A stretch of DNA of 63,501 bases, the filler included, from Reclinomonas americana ATCC 50394 (Eukaryota): NCBI GenBank assembly GCA_048213135.1. It is 24 parts of 24 records of this genome, joined end to end, with 100 filler letters (N's around TTAATTAATTAA, not from the genome) between each part and the next. Parts side by side here need not be neighbours in the genome. Positions count along the whole stretch, not along the records: positions 31,450 to 32,797 come from AFZH01024583.1; positions 32,898 to 37,307 come from AFZH01024586.1; positions 37,408 to 40,818 come from AFZH01024587.1; positions 40,919 to 42,988 come from AFZH01024589.1; positions 43,089 to 44,900 come from AFZH01024590.1; 19 more parts are not named here. One strand, 5' to 3'. The translations under genes and the position numbers were made by a program. Positions 31,534 through 43,405 of this stretch are shown one piece after another (within the stretch, counting starts at the first letter, position 1; every line of letters starts with the position of its first letter). The notes beneath the pieces were generated by a model. That model did not search any database. It saw only the letters and a program-made list of their open reading frames with translations, and had not been told where the DNA came from.

Positions 31534-32406
31534 ATGAAGGCACGCGAATTCTGGCTGCTCTTCGCTCCGAGCCTGCTGGTGATGGGCGCACTCCTCGTGC
31601 TCCCCCTGGTGCGCACGGTGCAGTGGAGCTTCGAACAGGTCCGCTACGGCACACCGGGCACGTTCGTCGGGTTGGAGAACTTCACCGACGCCCTGACCGA
31701 TCCCCGGTTCCACAAGGCGGTGCTCTTCACGGTGGCCGTCACGGTCGTCACCACCGCCATCCTGCTGGTGTTCGGGTACATCATCGCCACCGGCATCAAC
31801 CGCATCACCACATCCCGCCCGCTGGTCCTCGGCATCATGCTCGTCTCGTACGTGCTGCCGAACCTCGTCGGCGCCGTCGCGTTCTCGTGGCTCTTCGACG
31901 ACAACTTCGGCGGAGTCGTGAACCGGCTGATCGGCTTCTTCGGCGGCTCGCAGGTGCTCTGGTTCACCGACCAGGTCCCGAACGCGATCCTCGTCATCGC
32001 GAACACGGTGTGGCACATGCTGCCGTTCGCGATGCTCATCATCCTCGCGGGCCTCCAGGGCGTGCCCAACGAGCTGAAGGAGGCCGCGAAGATCGACGGC
32101 GCCAACGGCTTCCAGACGCACATCAACGTGATCATCCCGACCATCCGGGGCGTGCTCGGCTTCGTGACGCTGATCACGATCATGGACGTGCTGCGCATGT
32201 TCGACAACCTCATCCCGCTGTCGCCGCAGGCGCAGAACATCGGGAACGAGTCGATCATGCTCTACGTCTACTCGGTGGCGTTCGCCGACGGGGCCGAGAA
32301 CCTCGGCCTCGGCAGTGCGATCAACGTGCTCACCATCCTCCTGATCCTCATCATGCTGATCCCGTTCATCCGGGGCATCTTCAAGGAAGCGAAGGCCGAA
32401 CGATGA
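31534..32406 (+). CDS. Carbohydrate ABC transporter permease
   Basis: FVGLENF, W..LPF.MLIILAGLQ, EAA loop EAAKIDGA. A GGAGG RBS lies upstream. Confidence 0.95.
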   Translation: MKAREFWLLFAPSLLVMGALLVLPLVRTVQWSFEQVRYGTPGTFVGLENFTDALTDPRFHKAVLFTVAVTVVTTAILLVFGYIIATGINRITTSRPLVLGIMLVSYVLPNLVGAVAFSWLFDDNFGGVVNRLIGFFGGSQVLWFTDQVPNAILVIANTVWHMLPFAMLIILAGLQGVPNELKEAAKIDGANGFQTHINVIIPTIRGVLGFVTLITIMDVLRMFDNLIPLSPQAQNIGNESIMLYVYSVAFADGAENLGLGSAINVLTILLILIMLIPFIRGIFKEAKAER

Positions 32407-32797
32407 GTCTCACCTCCGCAGAGCTCTCGACGAGGGCCATCGTCACCAAGGGCGCACCGAAGCGCAAGCGTCGCGGTCAGAACCGCCCCCCGTACATCAC
32501 CGGTCTGCTGCTCGGCATCCTCTGCGTGGTCGTGCTGAGTCCGTTCATCTGGATGACGCTGTCGGTGACCAAGCCCACCGACGTCGCCTTCTCCAACCCG
32601 CCGGTGCTCTGGGACTACCAGCCGACGCTGCAGGCGTTCGTCGACCTGTGGCAGACGACCTACTTCGCGGACTACCTCGTGAACACCGTGGTCGTCGCCA
32701 TCGTGTCGACCGTGATCGCGCTGGTCATCGGCATCCCGGCGGCCTATGCGCTGTCGCGGTTCCCGAGCTACGTCTCGGCCATCCTGCTGGTGCTCGC
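32403..32797 (+). CDS. Second carbohydrate ABC permease (3' truncated)
   Basis: MSLTSAEL...PFIWM..S.KP...PTL...NTVVVA...PAAYALSR. ATGA overlap with the upstream stop. Confidence 0.9.
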
Positions 32798-32897
32798 NNN
32801 NNNNNNNNNNNNNNNNNNNNNNNNNNNNNNNNNNNNNNNNNTTAATTAATTAANNNNNNNNNNNNNNNNNNNNNNNNNNNNNNNNNNNNNNNNNNNN

Positions 32898-33505
32898 ACC
32901 GTCAGTCTTGCATGTACCGTGACCGGAGCACGTCGCAGTGAGACTGCAGTTGCAGCTGGCATTGGTGTAGTCGCCCGTGCAGAGACACGTGCCGTCAGTT
33001 TTGCACGTGCCGTGACCAGAGCACGTTGCGGTGGGACTGCAGTTGCAGTTGGCATTGGTGTAGTCGCCAGTGCACAGACAAGTGCCGTTTGTCTTGCACG
33101 TTCCGTGACCAGAGCATGTGGCAGTGGGACTGCAGTTGCAACTGGCGTTGGTGTAGTCGCCCGTGCACAGACACGTACCGTCAGTCTTGCATGTACCGTG
33201 ACCAGAGCACGTGGCGGTGGGACTGCAGTTGCAACTGGCATTGGTGTAGTCGCCCGTGCACAGACACGTGCCGTCGGTCTTGCACGTTCCGTGGCCGGAG
33301 CACGTCGCAGTGGGACTGCAGTTGCAGCTGGCATTGGTGTAGTCGCCAGTGCACAGGCACGTGCCGTCGGTCTTGCACGTTCCGTGGCCGGAGCACGTCG
33401 CAGTGGGACTGCAGTTGCAGCTAGCATTGGTATAGTCGCCCGTGCACAGACAAGTGCCGTCAGTCTTGCACGTTCCGTGGCCAGAGCACGTCGTGCCCGC
33501 CACGC
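32898..33505 (-). repeat. Coding tandem repeat, 93-bp unit x ~6.5 (EGF-like CSPTATCSGHGTCKTDGTCLCTGDYTNASCN)
   Basis: Near-identical protein units with mainly synonymous DNA differences; the array runs into the contig end. Confidence 0.95.
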
Positions 33506-36500
33506 AGTTCACATTGCATGAGGCACCGTAATAGTTGTTGTTGCACTGGCAAGTGCCGTCACTCTTACAAGCTCCGTTGCCGGAGCACGTGGTGGTTGGA
33601 CTGCACGCTGACACACACAGACCAGAATCACAGCTGCCAGAGCAGCAGTCGCCGCCATTCAAGCACACAGCACCGTTCGCCGAGCATCCACATTGCGCCG
33701 AGCCGTAAGCCTCAAAGCACTCGCGACCCTCGGCACACTCAGCAACAATCTGAGTGGTGCCGTAGGCACAGCTCAGCACTGCACGTCCGTTCAGTGAGCA
33801 CGTCGTGGTACCGTCGGCCAGCGTGCACACGCCGCAGTTGGAGCCGCTGTAGCCGACAGGGCACGAGATCGGCGCGCCTTGCGCCGCACGACCAATCGCC
33901 ACCCACGTCACGAACTCAACGTCAGACGCGTCGGCCCCACTGGCGCCGTACGAGATCGCCGTCACATAGTACTCGCTGCCGAGGCGCTTCGTGGTGAACT
34001 GCAGCGACTGCTGATCGATGCGGTTCTGCACTGTGATTGCCGACGACTTCCACCCACGCAGGAACAGCTGCACACTGATGGTGGCGCGCAACAGGCCATT
34101 CGGTGTCGACGCCGTCACCAGACTGGCGGTCTGCGTCGTCGCTGCGCTGGTGTGCGTCGTCTCTGCACCACACGCACGGGTCAGACACAGAGACAACCTG
34201 ATGTCGCTCCAACCAAAGTGGAGGTTGAGAACGCACCTCCCGACAGCATGACAAATCCGCTGTTGTTGGTGCTGTCGGCGCGTGTCGGTGCCACCGCAAA
34301 GCGTGCCGACATCGCTTCAATGCGTGAGTCGCTGCTCACCGTGCCCTTGATGACGAAACTCGAGCGCGAGGCTGAGCTGCTTGTCACCGAAAAGCTGTCG
34401 CCGCGAACGCGTCCATCATTGCCGGCAGCCGACTGGCGCATCGACATTACACCGATCACGGCCACGGGAACGGCTGGCACCGACGCAAACTGGTACGTGG
34501 ACGACACGCTCACCAACTGTGCATGATACGGAGTAAGCTGGATGAGCAGTCGCGAGAGAGACGAGGATTCACAAAAATCACGCAACAGTTGAGCTGTTCT
34601 TGTTTACCGCATCCGACGCCCACGCTGCGCTTGCCAGCGTGCGCTGACCGTCCATCGACAGAGCATTCGTCTGATGCACGTAGAACGCCAGGTAGCCTGT
34701 ACATGCAGCAAAGCGGAGGGAAGATGATGAGCCACATACATCAATGCCTTGTCCTTAATCGTAGTGAACGCAACTCAGCGTGATGGTGGGTCCCAGCTGG
34801 CCGTCACTTGACACGCCATGGCATCGAGTCGACAGTTGCGCCGCAGTCACCACCGGCTCCGCACAGAATGCGAACGTGCCATCAGTCGGCTCGTTGGCAA
34901 GAGTGGAAATTGGGCCAGCGGCGCCCTGACGACCGACACTGGCAAAGCCGAGCAACACACGCGGGCGGCGGTAGAACTCGCGAGCAAACGTGAACTGGAT
35001 CGTCGTTGCCGTCACTGCCAGTGTTGACATGCTCGGCTTCGGGGTGGCAGGGCTGCTGTCCATGTCGTCAGCGGTCGACAGCGAGGATGTGGGCGCCGCG
35101 CTGCTGCTCGCACTCAGACCACCGGCCGTCATGAATCCGGCAGTGAACGACTCCCCCGACGACACGTACGGTCCGTTGTTGGCCGCCACGCACAACTTGT
35201 AGGCACCGCCGCCACTCGATCCATTAGGCGTGATGGTTGCGCGGAACACGCGGCAGCCAGTCGCGAACTCACACGTGTCGGCGCCGGCGCCCACGAACGA
35301 CGCGCCTACGCTGCCCGTCAGCGTCGAGTAGTCCGACAGAGTGGAGCAATCGACGCCGACCGGCACCAGCTTGAAGCTCGTGCAGTCGGTGAGGTTCTCA
35401 GTGGTGGAACCAATCACAATCGAGTTGGCAATGCCGTACTTGAGCACGGGCGGATTGGCAAAGGAAACCACAGGTGTCGATGAGGCGGCAGTCACAATGA
35501 GCGGGAGGGGTTGCAGGCGGTACACGGTGGTGCCGCCGGCCTGGAATCTGATGGTGGGGAAGGGCAAAGTGAGTTAGAGAGGCAGAGGGAAAGAGAGGGA
35601 AAGGAGGAGAGGAAGGAGAGAAGGAATCGGAATAAAGAAAAAGACAGGAAGAAGTGGGGCGAGAGGGAGAAGGAGAGTGGAGTGACCGTGTGATTACGTT
35701 AGAGACACGAAGAGAAAGAAGAACAGTAGCAGGAACATCAGGAATGCAGAGGGGGGAGCCAGACTCGAATCACACAAGCGTCTCTTCTCTTCTTTCCGGT
35801 TCTTTCTCTTCTCTTCTCTACCATTCAACCTCTCTCACCTTCTCTTGTCGTCTCAACTCTTCTCCTCTCTCTCTCTCTCTTCACACCTCTTGGAGGCGGC
35901 GGACCTCACATGATTACAAATTACTGAGTGTTTCCCTTTCTCTCCCGCACATCAACGCAACTTGCCACACAGATAGTACACGCCCGGTGTCACCAGCGAG
36001 CACGAGCCGGCGGCCGTCACACCCAGCGCACCCTGCGCGAACGATGCGCCAGTGGCCACCGAGAACACAGTGTAGAGACCAGCCGGATCGCTGGATTGCA
36101 GAGTGACGCTCGAGTTTGGTGCCGTCGACCCGCTGCAATCGGCGGCCGAGTACAGACCGAACGAGCCGCCAGTACCCAGCTCACGATTGGCAAAGTGCTG
36201 ACCAGCCACCGTCAGGCGATAGTCGGCGAGTCCATTGACCAGCTGCGGCGACTTGTTCTGCGAACCAAGGGTGTCTGCGTGGATGGGAAGGGAAGGGAAG
36301 GGGAGGATGGAGTCAGTCGGAGGAGGCACACATCATGACGAGAGTGATGGAGACGCAACAGACAAACACAGTGGCGACAAACTCGTTGCGCGCGGCCGCG
36401 CCCGCACCGTCCATGTCGATGCACAGGTATCGCTCACCACCATTGACATCGCCCGATGCATTAAAGGTGAGCGAGGCAGCAGAGATGGTGCTGGAATTAA

Positions 36501-37190
36501 GGACAGCGGTGGGCGACACGCCAGTGCACGCGCGGTCGAGGAAGAGAGTGGCAGTAGAGGCAGTCGACCAGGCAACGGCCGAGCCAGCGACATTGATGTC
36601 AACGATCTGGCCAGCGGTGCCGGTTCTGATGGCGATGTTGCTCGGGGAGATGACGACTGCAACAACGAAGGAGAGGGAGAACAACAAATGGAGTTTGCGC
36701 GCGAAAAGAAAGAAATATGCGTGCATCCAACGGTTAACTTTCGCGCGCAACGAACACGGAAATAGAATCAAGGCAGACAGTGTGGAAGGAGAGGAATGAC
36801 ACAGAGAAGGGTAGGAGGAGAGTGCCGCAAAGAGGCAGACATACTGAAGTTTTCTGCGCGCGCGCACAGTGCAGCGGTATCACACGTGTTCGTTGGAGAA
36901 TGTACGCATGCAGGAGACCACACAGAATCACAAACACACAAGTGGTCGAGCATGCCGCGCGCGCGTATGTGTGTGTGCATGTGCACGTGATTGCGGCGCG
37001 AGCGAACCGTTGAAGACTCTCTACCAGAGCGAAACAGTAAAGTTTTCGAGCGTATTAGGTGTGTGCAGCGTGTGCGCGAGTACACATACTCACCTGCGGC
37101 TGCTGCACTGTTGCACAGCACAGCCAGCGACAAGAGCGCGAAAAGGCACAGCCGCGTTGCAGTGGAGGGGAGGTGAGTAGGACGCGACAT
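32898..37190 (-). CDS. Large secreted multi-exon eukaryotic protein with Ig/lectin-like beta domains and EGF-like repeats (3' truncated)
   Basis: Signal peptide MSRPTHLPSTATRLCLFALLSLAVLCNSAAA|GT. Coding exons at ~36386-36655, 35960-36274, 34830-35550 and 34200-34520, and a Cys-rich exon 32898-34160. Confidence 0.75.
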
Positions 37191-37407
37191 GTTGCCTTCC
37201 AGTCTCTGCGCAAACACGAAAAATGGCGGACGCACCTGCAGCGTGAGATGCATGTGCGCGCAACGAAGAGCGAGGTGTGTGAGGGAGGGAGTGAAAGAGC
37301 GGACGAGNNNNNNNNNNNNNNNNNNNNNNNNNNNNNNNNNNNNNNNNNNNNTTAATTAATTAANNNNNNNNNNNNNNNNNNNNNNNNNNNNNNNNNNNNN
37401 NNNNNNN

Positions 37408-38044
37408 CGCCGCCCTTCATGGCGCAGATGTGATCGGCGTAGTGCCCGGCGAAGTTCACGTCGTGGAGCACGATGACGATGGTGCGCCCGAGCTCTTCGG
37501 CAGCGCGGCGCAGGTGCTTCATCATCTGCACGGCGTGTTTCATGTCGAGATTGTTCAGCGGTTCGTCCAGCAGCACGAACTCGGTGTCCTGCGCGAGCAC
37601 CATCGCGACATACGCGCGCTGGCGCTGCCCGCCGGAGAGCTCGTCGAGGTAGCGACCCTCCAGGGCGCCCAGGTCGAGGAAGTCGATCGCGCGGCTGATG
37701 ATCTCCTCGTCCGCCCGGTTCAGCCGGCCCTTCGAGTGCGGGAAGCGCCCGAAGCCGACGAGTTGACGCACCGTGAGCCGGGTGACGAAGTGGTTCTCCT
37801 GGCGCAGGATCGAGACCACCTTCGCCAGGTCCTTCGACCTGGTCGAGGCGACGTCGAGACCCGCGATCTCGATCGCACCGGCATCCATCCCGTTCAGCCG
37901 CCCGATCATCGTGAGCAGGGTCGATTTTCCGGCGCCATTCGGGCCGATGAGGGCCGTGATCCCTCCCGCGGGGATCTCGAGGTCGACGGGGCCGATGGCG
38001 ACCTCGCTGCTGTAGTCCCGCCGGACGCCGTCGAGTGCGATCAC
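37408..38044 (-). CDS. Iron-siderophore ABC transporter ATPase (CeuD/YclP-like), 3' truncated
   Basis: GPNGAGKST, LSGGQRQR and LLDEP. The GTG start overlaps the permease stop. Confidence 0.93.
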
Positions 38045-39072
38045 AGCCTGCCCTTTCTGAGGATGACGATGAGGAAGACGGTGCCGCCGACGAGCTCGAT
38101 GAGGATCGACACCATCCCCTGCGCGTAGAAGACGTTCTTCATCACGAAGTACGCGCCGGCGAGGATCGTGAACGCCGTGAGCACGGCCACCGGGAAGATG
38201 AGCCGATGGTCGTACGTGTCGGCGAACTGGTAGGCGAGCGTGGCGACGAGGAAACCCAGGAACGTCATCGGCCCCACGAGTGCGGTCGACGTCGCCATCA
38301 GCACGGCGACGAGGAACAGCACGAAGAAGAGTTCGCGCCGGTGATCCAGACCCAACGAGCGCGCGGCATCCGGTCCGAGCGCCATCAGGTTGAGCCTCCG
38401 CGAGCGGAACCAGAGCACGACGGATGCCGCGATCACGAGCGGGATCGCCAGCGGGAGGTACGAGGGGTCGGCGTTCGACACGTTGCCGAACAGGCGGGCC
38501 GCGAGCACATCGAACTCGCTCGGTGTGAGGAGGCGCTGCATGAACGTCGACACGGCCCCGAGCCCGCCGCCGATCACGATGCCGATCAGCAGCATGATCT
38601 GCAGGTTGCCGTAGCGCCCGGAGAGGAGCCACCCATACAGTGCCACGGCAAGTCCGACCATGACGGCGACCTGGATCGCGAACTGCCCGACGCCCTGGAT
38701 AGCGACGAGTCCCGCCACCCCGAACAGGTACACCGTCGCGGTCTGCACCACACGGTACAGCGACTCGAATCCCATGATCGACGGGGTGATGATGCGGTTG
38801 TTGGTGACGGTCTGGAAGCTGACCGTCGCGACCGCCTGTGCTATGGCGACGAGCACCATCACGGTGACGTCGGTCGCGCGATGCTGCGCGATGCGCCAGA
38901 ACCCGGGCGATCCCGCCGGCATCGGATTGCCCCAGGCGAGCAGCCCGAATCCGGACCCGACCGCCAGCACGATCAGGATGCCCAGCACGAGCAGATAGCG
39001 CCGTCGCGCGCGTGCCGTCGTGAAGGCGCCGGCCGTCCGCGGGAGCACGGCGAGCGTCGCGCCCTCAGCCAC
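38041..39072 (-). CDS. Iron chelate ABC permease (FecCD family, FatC/CeuC-like)
   Basis: FQTVTNNRIITPSIMG and STALVGPMTFLGFLV. Confidence 0.93.
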   Translation of the reverse strand: MAEGATLAVLPRTAGAFTTARARRRYLLVLGILIVLAVGSGFGLLAWGNPMPAGSPGFWRIAQHRATDVTVMVLVAIAQAVATVSFQTVTNNRIITPSIMGFESLYRVVQTATVYLFGVAGLVAIQGVGQFAIQVAVMVGLAVALYGWLLSGRYGNLQIMLLIGIVIGGGLGAVSTFMQRLLTPSEFDVLAARLFGNVSNADPSYLPLAIPLVIAASVVLWFRSRRLNLMALGPDAARSLGLDHRRELFFVLFLVAVLMATSTALVGPMTFLGFLVATLAYQFADTYDHRLIFPVAVLTAFTILAGAYFVMKNVFYAQGMVSILIELVGGTVFLIVILRKGRL

Positions 39073-40051
39073 GTCGACGCTGCCTGAGCAGGAGGAGGAC
39101 GAAGACGATCGCGCCCACGACCCCGAGGATCAGGGACACCGGCACCTCGAACGGCATGATGATGGTGCGGCCGATGATGTCGCAGACCGTGACGATCGCG
39201 ATGCCGAGCAGGCACACCCACGGCAGATTGCTGCGCAGATCATCGCCCCGCACCATCGAGACCACATTCGGCACGATGAGCCCGAGGAAGGGCAGATTGC
39301 CGACGACCACCGTGACGACTCCGGTGGTGATGGCGATGAGCACGGTCCCGAGCAGGATGATCCGGTTGTAGTCCACGCCGACGTTCGTGGCGATCTCCTC
39401 GCCGAGTCCCGCGATCGTCAGGCGATCCGCCACGATGAACACGATCACGCCCACGATCGCGACGATCCACAGCATCTCGTACTGTCCGCGCATCACCGAC
39501 GTGAAGCTGCCGGCGAACCAGACCCCGATGATCTGGAGGGAGTTCGTGGCGAGGGCCAGGTAGGTCGAGACGGCGCCGACCACGGCCCCGAGCATGATCC
39601 CCACGATCGGCACGATGAGCGAGGACTTCAGGGCGACGCGGCGGAGGAAGGCGAAGAACACGAGGGTACCGACGAAGGCAGCCGCGACGGCGCCGACCAT
39701 CCGGAGCGTCAGCGACGGATGCGGGACGAGGATCATCACGGCGAGCAGACCGAGACCCGCCCACTCCGTGGTGCCGGTCGTGGTCGGCTCGACGAAGCGG
39801 TTCTGGGTGAGCAGCTGCATCACGAGCCCGGCCATGGCCATGGCGGCGCCGGCCAGCACAAGCGCGATCGTGCGCGGCACGCGGGTGATCTGGAACATCT
39901 CGCCGCCGTCGCTGGCGCCCGCGATGTCGTAGACGCCCGTGAAGAGCGAGACGACGAGAAGGGCGGCGACGACGAGCACGCCGATGAGCAGCTTCACGTC
40001 GAAGAGCCGCCCGGAAGTGCGGGGCGGCGAGGCGAGGTCAGCGGAGGTCAT
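39065..40051 (-). CDS. Iron chelate ABC permease (FecCD family, FatD/CeuB-like)
   Basis: RVPRTIA...MQLLTQNRFVEPTT and VG.LPFLGLIVPN...GD. Confidence 0.93.
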   Translation of the reverse strand: MTSADLASPPRTSGRLFDVKLLIGVLVVAALLVVSLFTGVYDIAGASDGGEMFQITRVPRTIALVLAGAAMAMAGLVMQLLTQNRFVEPTTTGTTEWAGLGLLAVMILVPHPSLTLRMVGAVAAAFVGTLVFFAFLRRVALKSSLIVPIVGIMLGAVVGAVSTYLALATNSLQIIGVWFAGSFTSVMRGQYEMLWIVAIVGVIVFIVADRLTIAGLGEEIATNVGVDYNRIILLGTVLIAITTGVVTVVVGNLPFLGLIVPNVVSMVRGDDLRSNLPWVCLLGIAIVTVCDIIGRTIIMPFEVPVSLILGVVGAIVFVLLLLRQRRRG

Positions 40052-40125
40052 GAGGGAGTCCCGAAGCGTTGAGCGGGCGAAGCGGACGTGTCGTCTCGCT
40101 TCGCCCGCCCGACGACCGGTATGCG

Positions 40126-40818
40126 TTACTTCGCGTCCTCGAGGGCGTCGGCGAGGTCGTTGAAGAAGGTCGTGTACGTCTGGATGCCCTCGTTCAGGTA
40201 CGTGTCCGTGGGCATGTAGACGATCTGCTTGTCCTTCACCGCGGTGACGCCGGCGAGCGCCTCGGAGTTCTCGAGGATCTCGGCTGCCTGCACGTAATCG
40301 GGCGTCTCGGCCGCGAACACGGCGTCGCGGTCGAGGACCAGGATCCAGTCGGGGTTCGACGCGGCGATCGCCTCGACGGAGATCTCATCGCCCTGGTGGT
40401 CGTCCGTCGCGTCGTCGACCTCGAGCGCCGGGGTGAGGCCGAGGATGTCGTAGACCGGACCGAGCGAACGCCCGACGGTCGGCGCGAGAGAGCCGATCTC
40501 GCCGCCGGAGGTGTTCACGGCCATGACGGTGTCGGCGTCGTCGTACGCGGCCTTCGCGCGCTCCACCGCGGTGTCGAACTCGTCGACCAGCTTCTTCGCC
40601 TCGTCCTGCTTTCCGAAGATCTCGCCGAGGACGGTGATCTGCCGCTTGAGCTCCTCGTCGAAGGGCTCGCCCTCGCGCGGCTCGAGGTCGATGATGGTGG
40701 CATCCGGCACGAGGTCGGCGATGGCCGTGTTGTGCTGGGTGAAGCGCTGGCCGCTGATGATCAGATCCGGCTCGACCGCCACGACGGCCTCGAAGTTCGG
40801 CTCGCTGTGCAGGCCCAC
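40126..40818 (-). CDS. Siderophore-binding protein (FatB/CeuE-like), 5' truncated
   Basis: EPNFEAV...PDLIISGQR, HQGDEISVEAIA..NPDWILVLDRD and YLNEGIQ. Confidence 0.92.
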   Translation of the reverse strand: MGLHSEPNFEAVVAVEPDLIISGQRFTQHNTAIADLVPDATIIDLEPREGEPFDEELKRQITVLGEIFGKQDEAKKLVDEFDTAVERAKAAYDDADTVMAVNTSGGEIGSLAPTVGRSLGPVYDILGLTPALEVDDATDDHQGDEISVEAIAASNPDWILVLDRDAVFAAETPDYVQAAEILENSEALAGVTAVKDKQIVYMPTDTYLNEGIQTYTTFFNDLADALEDAK

Positions 40819-40918
40819 NNNNNNNNNNNNNNNNNNNNNNNNNNNNNNNNNNNNNNNNNNNNTTAATTAATTAANNNNNNNNNNNNNNNNNNNNNNNNNN
40901 NNNNNNNNNNNNNNNNNN

Positions 40919-42988
40919 GAGGTGGATGAGGAGCGAGTGGTGACGGCAGCTGCGAATGCAGCGACGGTGTTGTGTGTGGCACAAGTGTCGTTCAGTGGGC
41001 GAGACCTGTCGGGTGTGCGAGTGAGGGGTGCGGATTTGAGGGATGCGGTGATGCACAGGACAGTGTGGAGGGGAGCGGATATGCGTGGGGTGAATGTGTG
41101 CATGGCGTTTGCGAGGGAGGCGGATTTCAGAGAGGCTAATTTGACGAATGTGAAGTGGCCGAGGAAGCCAATGGCCGGGCACACCGGTAGAGTGACGTCT
41201 GTTGTGTTTACTCCCGATGGTCAGTACGTTGTGAGTGGCAGTGAAGACGAGACAGTGCGAGTGTGGTCGGTAGCAGATTGCAAGGAAGTGCGACGCCTCG
41301 ACGGACACACTGGCAGAGTGACCGGAGTTGCCGTGACTCTCGACGGTAAGCACGCCGTGAGCGGGAGTTGGGACGAAACGGTTCGGGTTTGGTCGCTGGT
41401 GACGTGGAAAGAACTACGACAGATGAAGCCGACCATGCTTCAGCCTGCTGCCTCTAGATTTTCTCGTCGACGCTCTGAGACTTCGGGCAAGGAAAGTCTT
41501 CTTCGGTTTGTCACATCTGTCGCTGTGTCTCCCGATAACCAGTACGTCGTGAGCGGGAGTGATGACAAGACGGTGCGCGTGTGGCTGCTTGCGAATGGTG
41601 CGGAAGTGAAGCAGCTGGTAGGGCACGAACGGTCAGTGCGGGCTGTCGCCGTTACTCTCGATTGTCTGCATGTTGTTAGCGGGAGCGACGACAAGACAGT
41701 GCGAGTGTGGTCACTGGCGAGTGGTTCGGAAGTGCGACGGTTAGAAGGACACACTCAGCGGGTTACTGCTGTCGCTGTCAGCGCAAATAGTGAGCACATT
41801 GTAAGTGGCAGCACTGATCAGACAGTGCGAATGTGGTCGATGGTCAGTGGGGAGGACAAGTGTCTGCAAGTCGGTCAGACATCGGAAGTGTGGTCCGTTG
41901 CCGTTACTCTCGACGGGCACCGCATAGTGAGTGGGCGTAGTGACAAGACAGTCCGTGTCTGGTCAGTGGCGAGCGGGGAAGAAGTGCGACGGTTGCAGGG
42001 TCACTCACGGTCTGTTTCATCTGTTTCCGTCGCTCTCGATGGCCAGCACATTGTGAGTGGCAGTGGCGACGGCACGGTACGGGTGTGGTCGACGGAGAGT
42101 GGAGAAGATACGCGGAGAGTGGAGGGGCATACTCATTGGGTGCTTTCTGTCGCGGTGACTTCAGATTCGAAGCACATTGTCAGCGCAAGCAGTGACATGA
42201 CACTTCGCGTGTGGTCACTAGCAAGTGGGGAGGAAGTACGGCGGTTGGAGGGACACACCGAATGGGTGTACTCTGTTGCCGCCACAACTGACTGTCAGCA
42301 CATTGTAAGCGGGAGTGGTGACTGGACAGTTCGAGTGTGGTCATTGGCGAGCGGAGAAGAAGTGCGGCAGTTAACAGGACACACTGGGTGGGTGACCTCT
42401 GTTGTTGTTTCATTAGACGGTGAACACATTGTCAGCTGCAGCACTGACAAGACTGTGCGCGTGTGGTCGCTGGTCAGTGGAGAGGAAATCAGTGTGCTGA
42501 AAGGACACTCCCGTGGTGTCACTTCTGTGGCCGTGTCTCCCGACGGCCGATTTGTCGTCAGTGGGGGTTGGGATAAGACGGTACGAATGTGGTCACTCGC
42601 GACTGGGCAGGAGGTAAAACGGTTTGCAGGGCACAGCTGGGAGGTGTCGTTTGTCACGTTCACTCTTGAAGGCAAACATATTATCAGTGGGAGTGAAGAT
42701 AAGACGGTTCGAGTGTGGTCCGTGGCAAGCGGGGACGAAGTGCAAGCGCAGCGAATTGAGAGTCCGGTGGGGACTGTGTGCTGTATCTCAATCACACAGA
42801 GGGGCAAGCAAATAATGTGCAGGAATGGCGACGGGACGTTGCATGTGTTGTCAATGTCGAGTGGCGACGAAGTGCGAAAGTTGACAGGGCACAACGTTTC
42901 CGTACGATCTGTCGCTGTGGCCCCAGATGGACTCCGTGTCGTAAGTGGTAGTGGTGACATGACCGTGCGAGTGTGGTCTGTGGACGAT
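40919..42988 (+). CDS. Pentapeptide-repeat + ~14 WD40 repeat protein; probable C-terminal part of a NACHT/NWD NLR-like protein (both ends truncated)
   Basis: AAANAATVL..AQVSFSGRDLSGVRVRGADLRDA...ADMRGVN...ADFREANLTNVKW followed by GH..V.SVA...IVSGS.D.TVRVW repeats. Confidence 0.88.
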
Positions 42989-43405
42989 NNNNNNNNNNNN
43001 NNNNNNNNNNNNNNNNNNNNNNNNNNNNNNNNTTAATTAATTAANNNNNNNNNNNNNNNNNNNNNNNNNNNNNNNNNNNNNNNNNNNNCTTTGCAATTGC
43101 CTCCTGAAAGGGAAGATGACTGTTGGAGAAGAGTAATTATGTGTTTGGCGATCAGTGTTAGATGCTCATTGTTGTGTCTGTCTAAGTGAAGTTCTATTAT
43201 TGTTATTATGTATATTGTTTGTGCGCCAAGGTCATTGTCGCGATCGGCGAGAGTCGTAGACAGTTGTCGCAATATTGCAATGTGGTGAATAAAGTGCACG
43301 TTCTGTTGTTGTGAAACAGAATTCTTTTGGAGAAAGACGGTGATCGATTTCACTCCAGTGCACAATGACCTGCGCGGACCGAAATCATGAAATGGAAGAG
43401 GAGGA

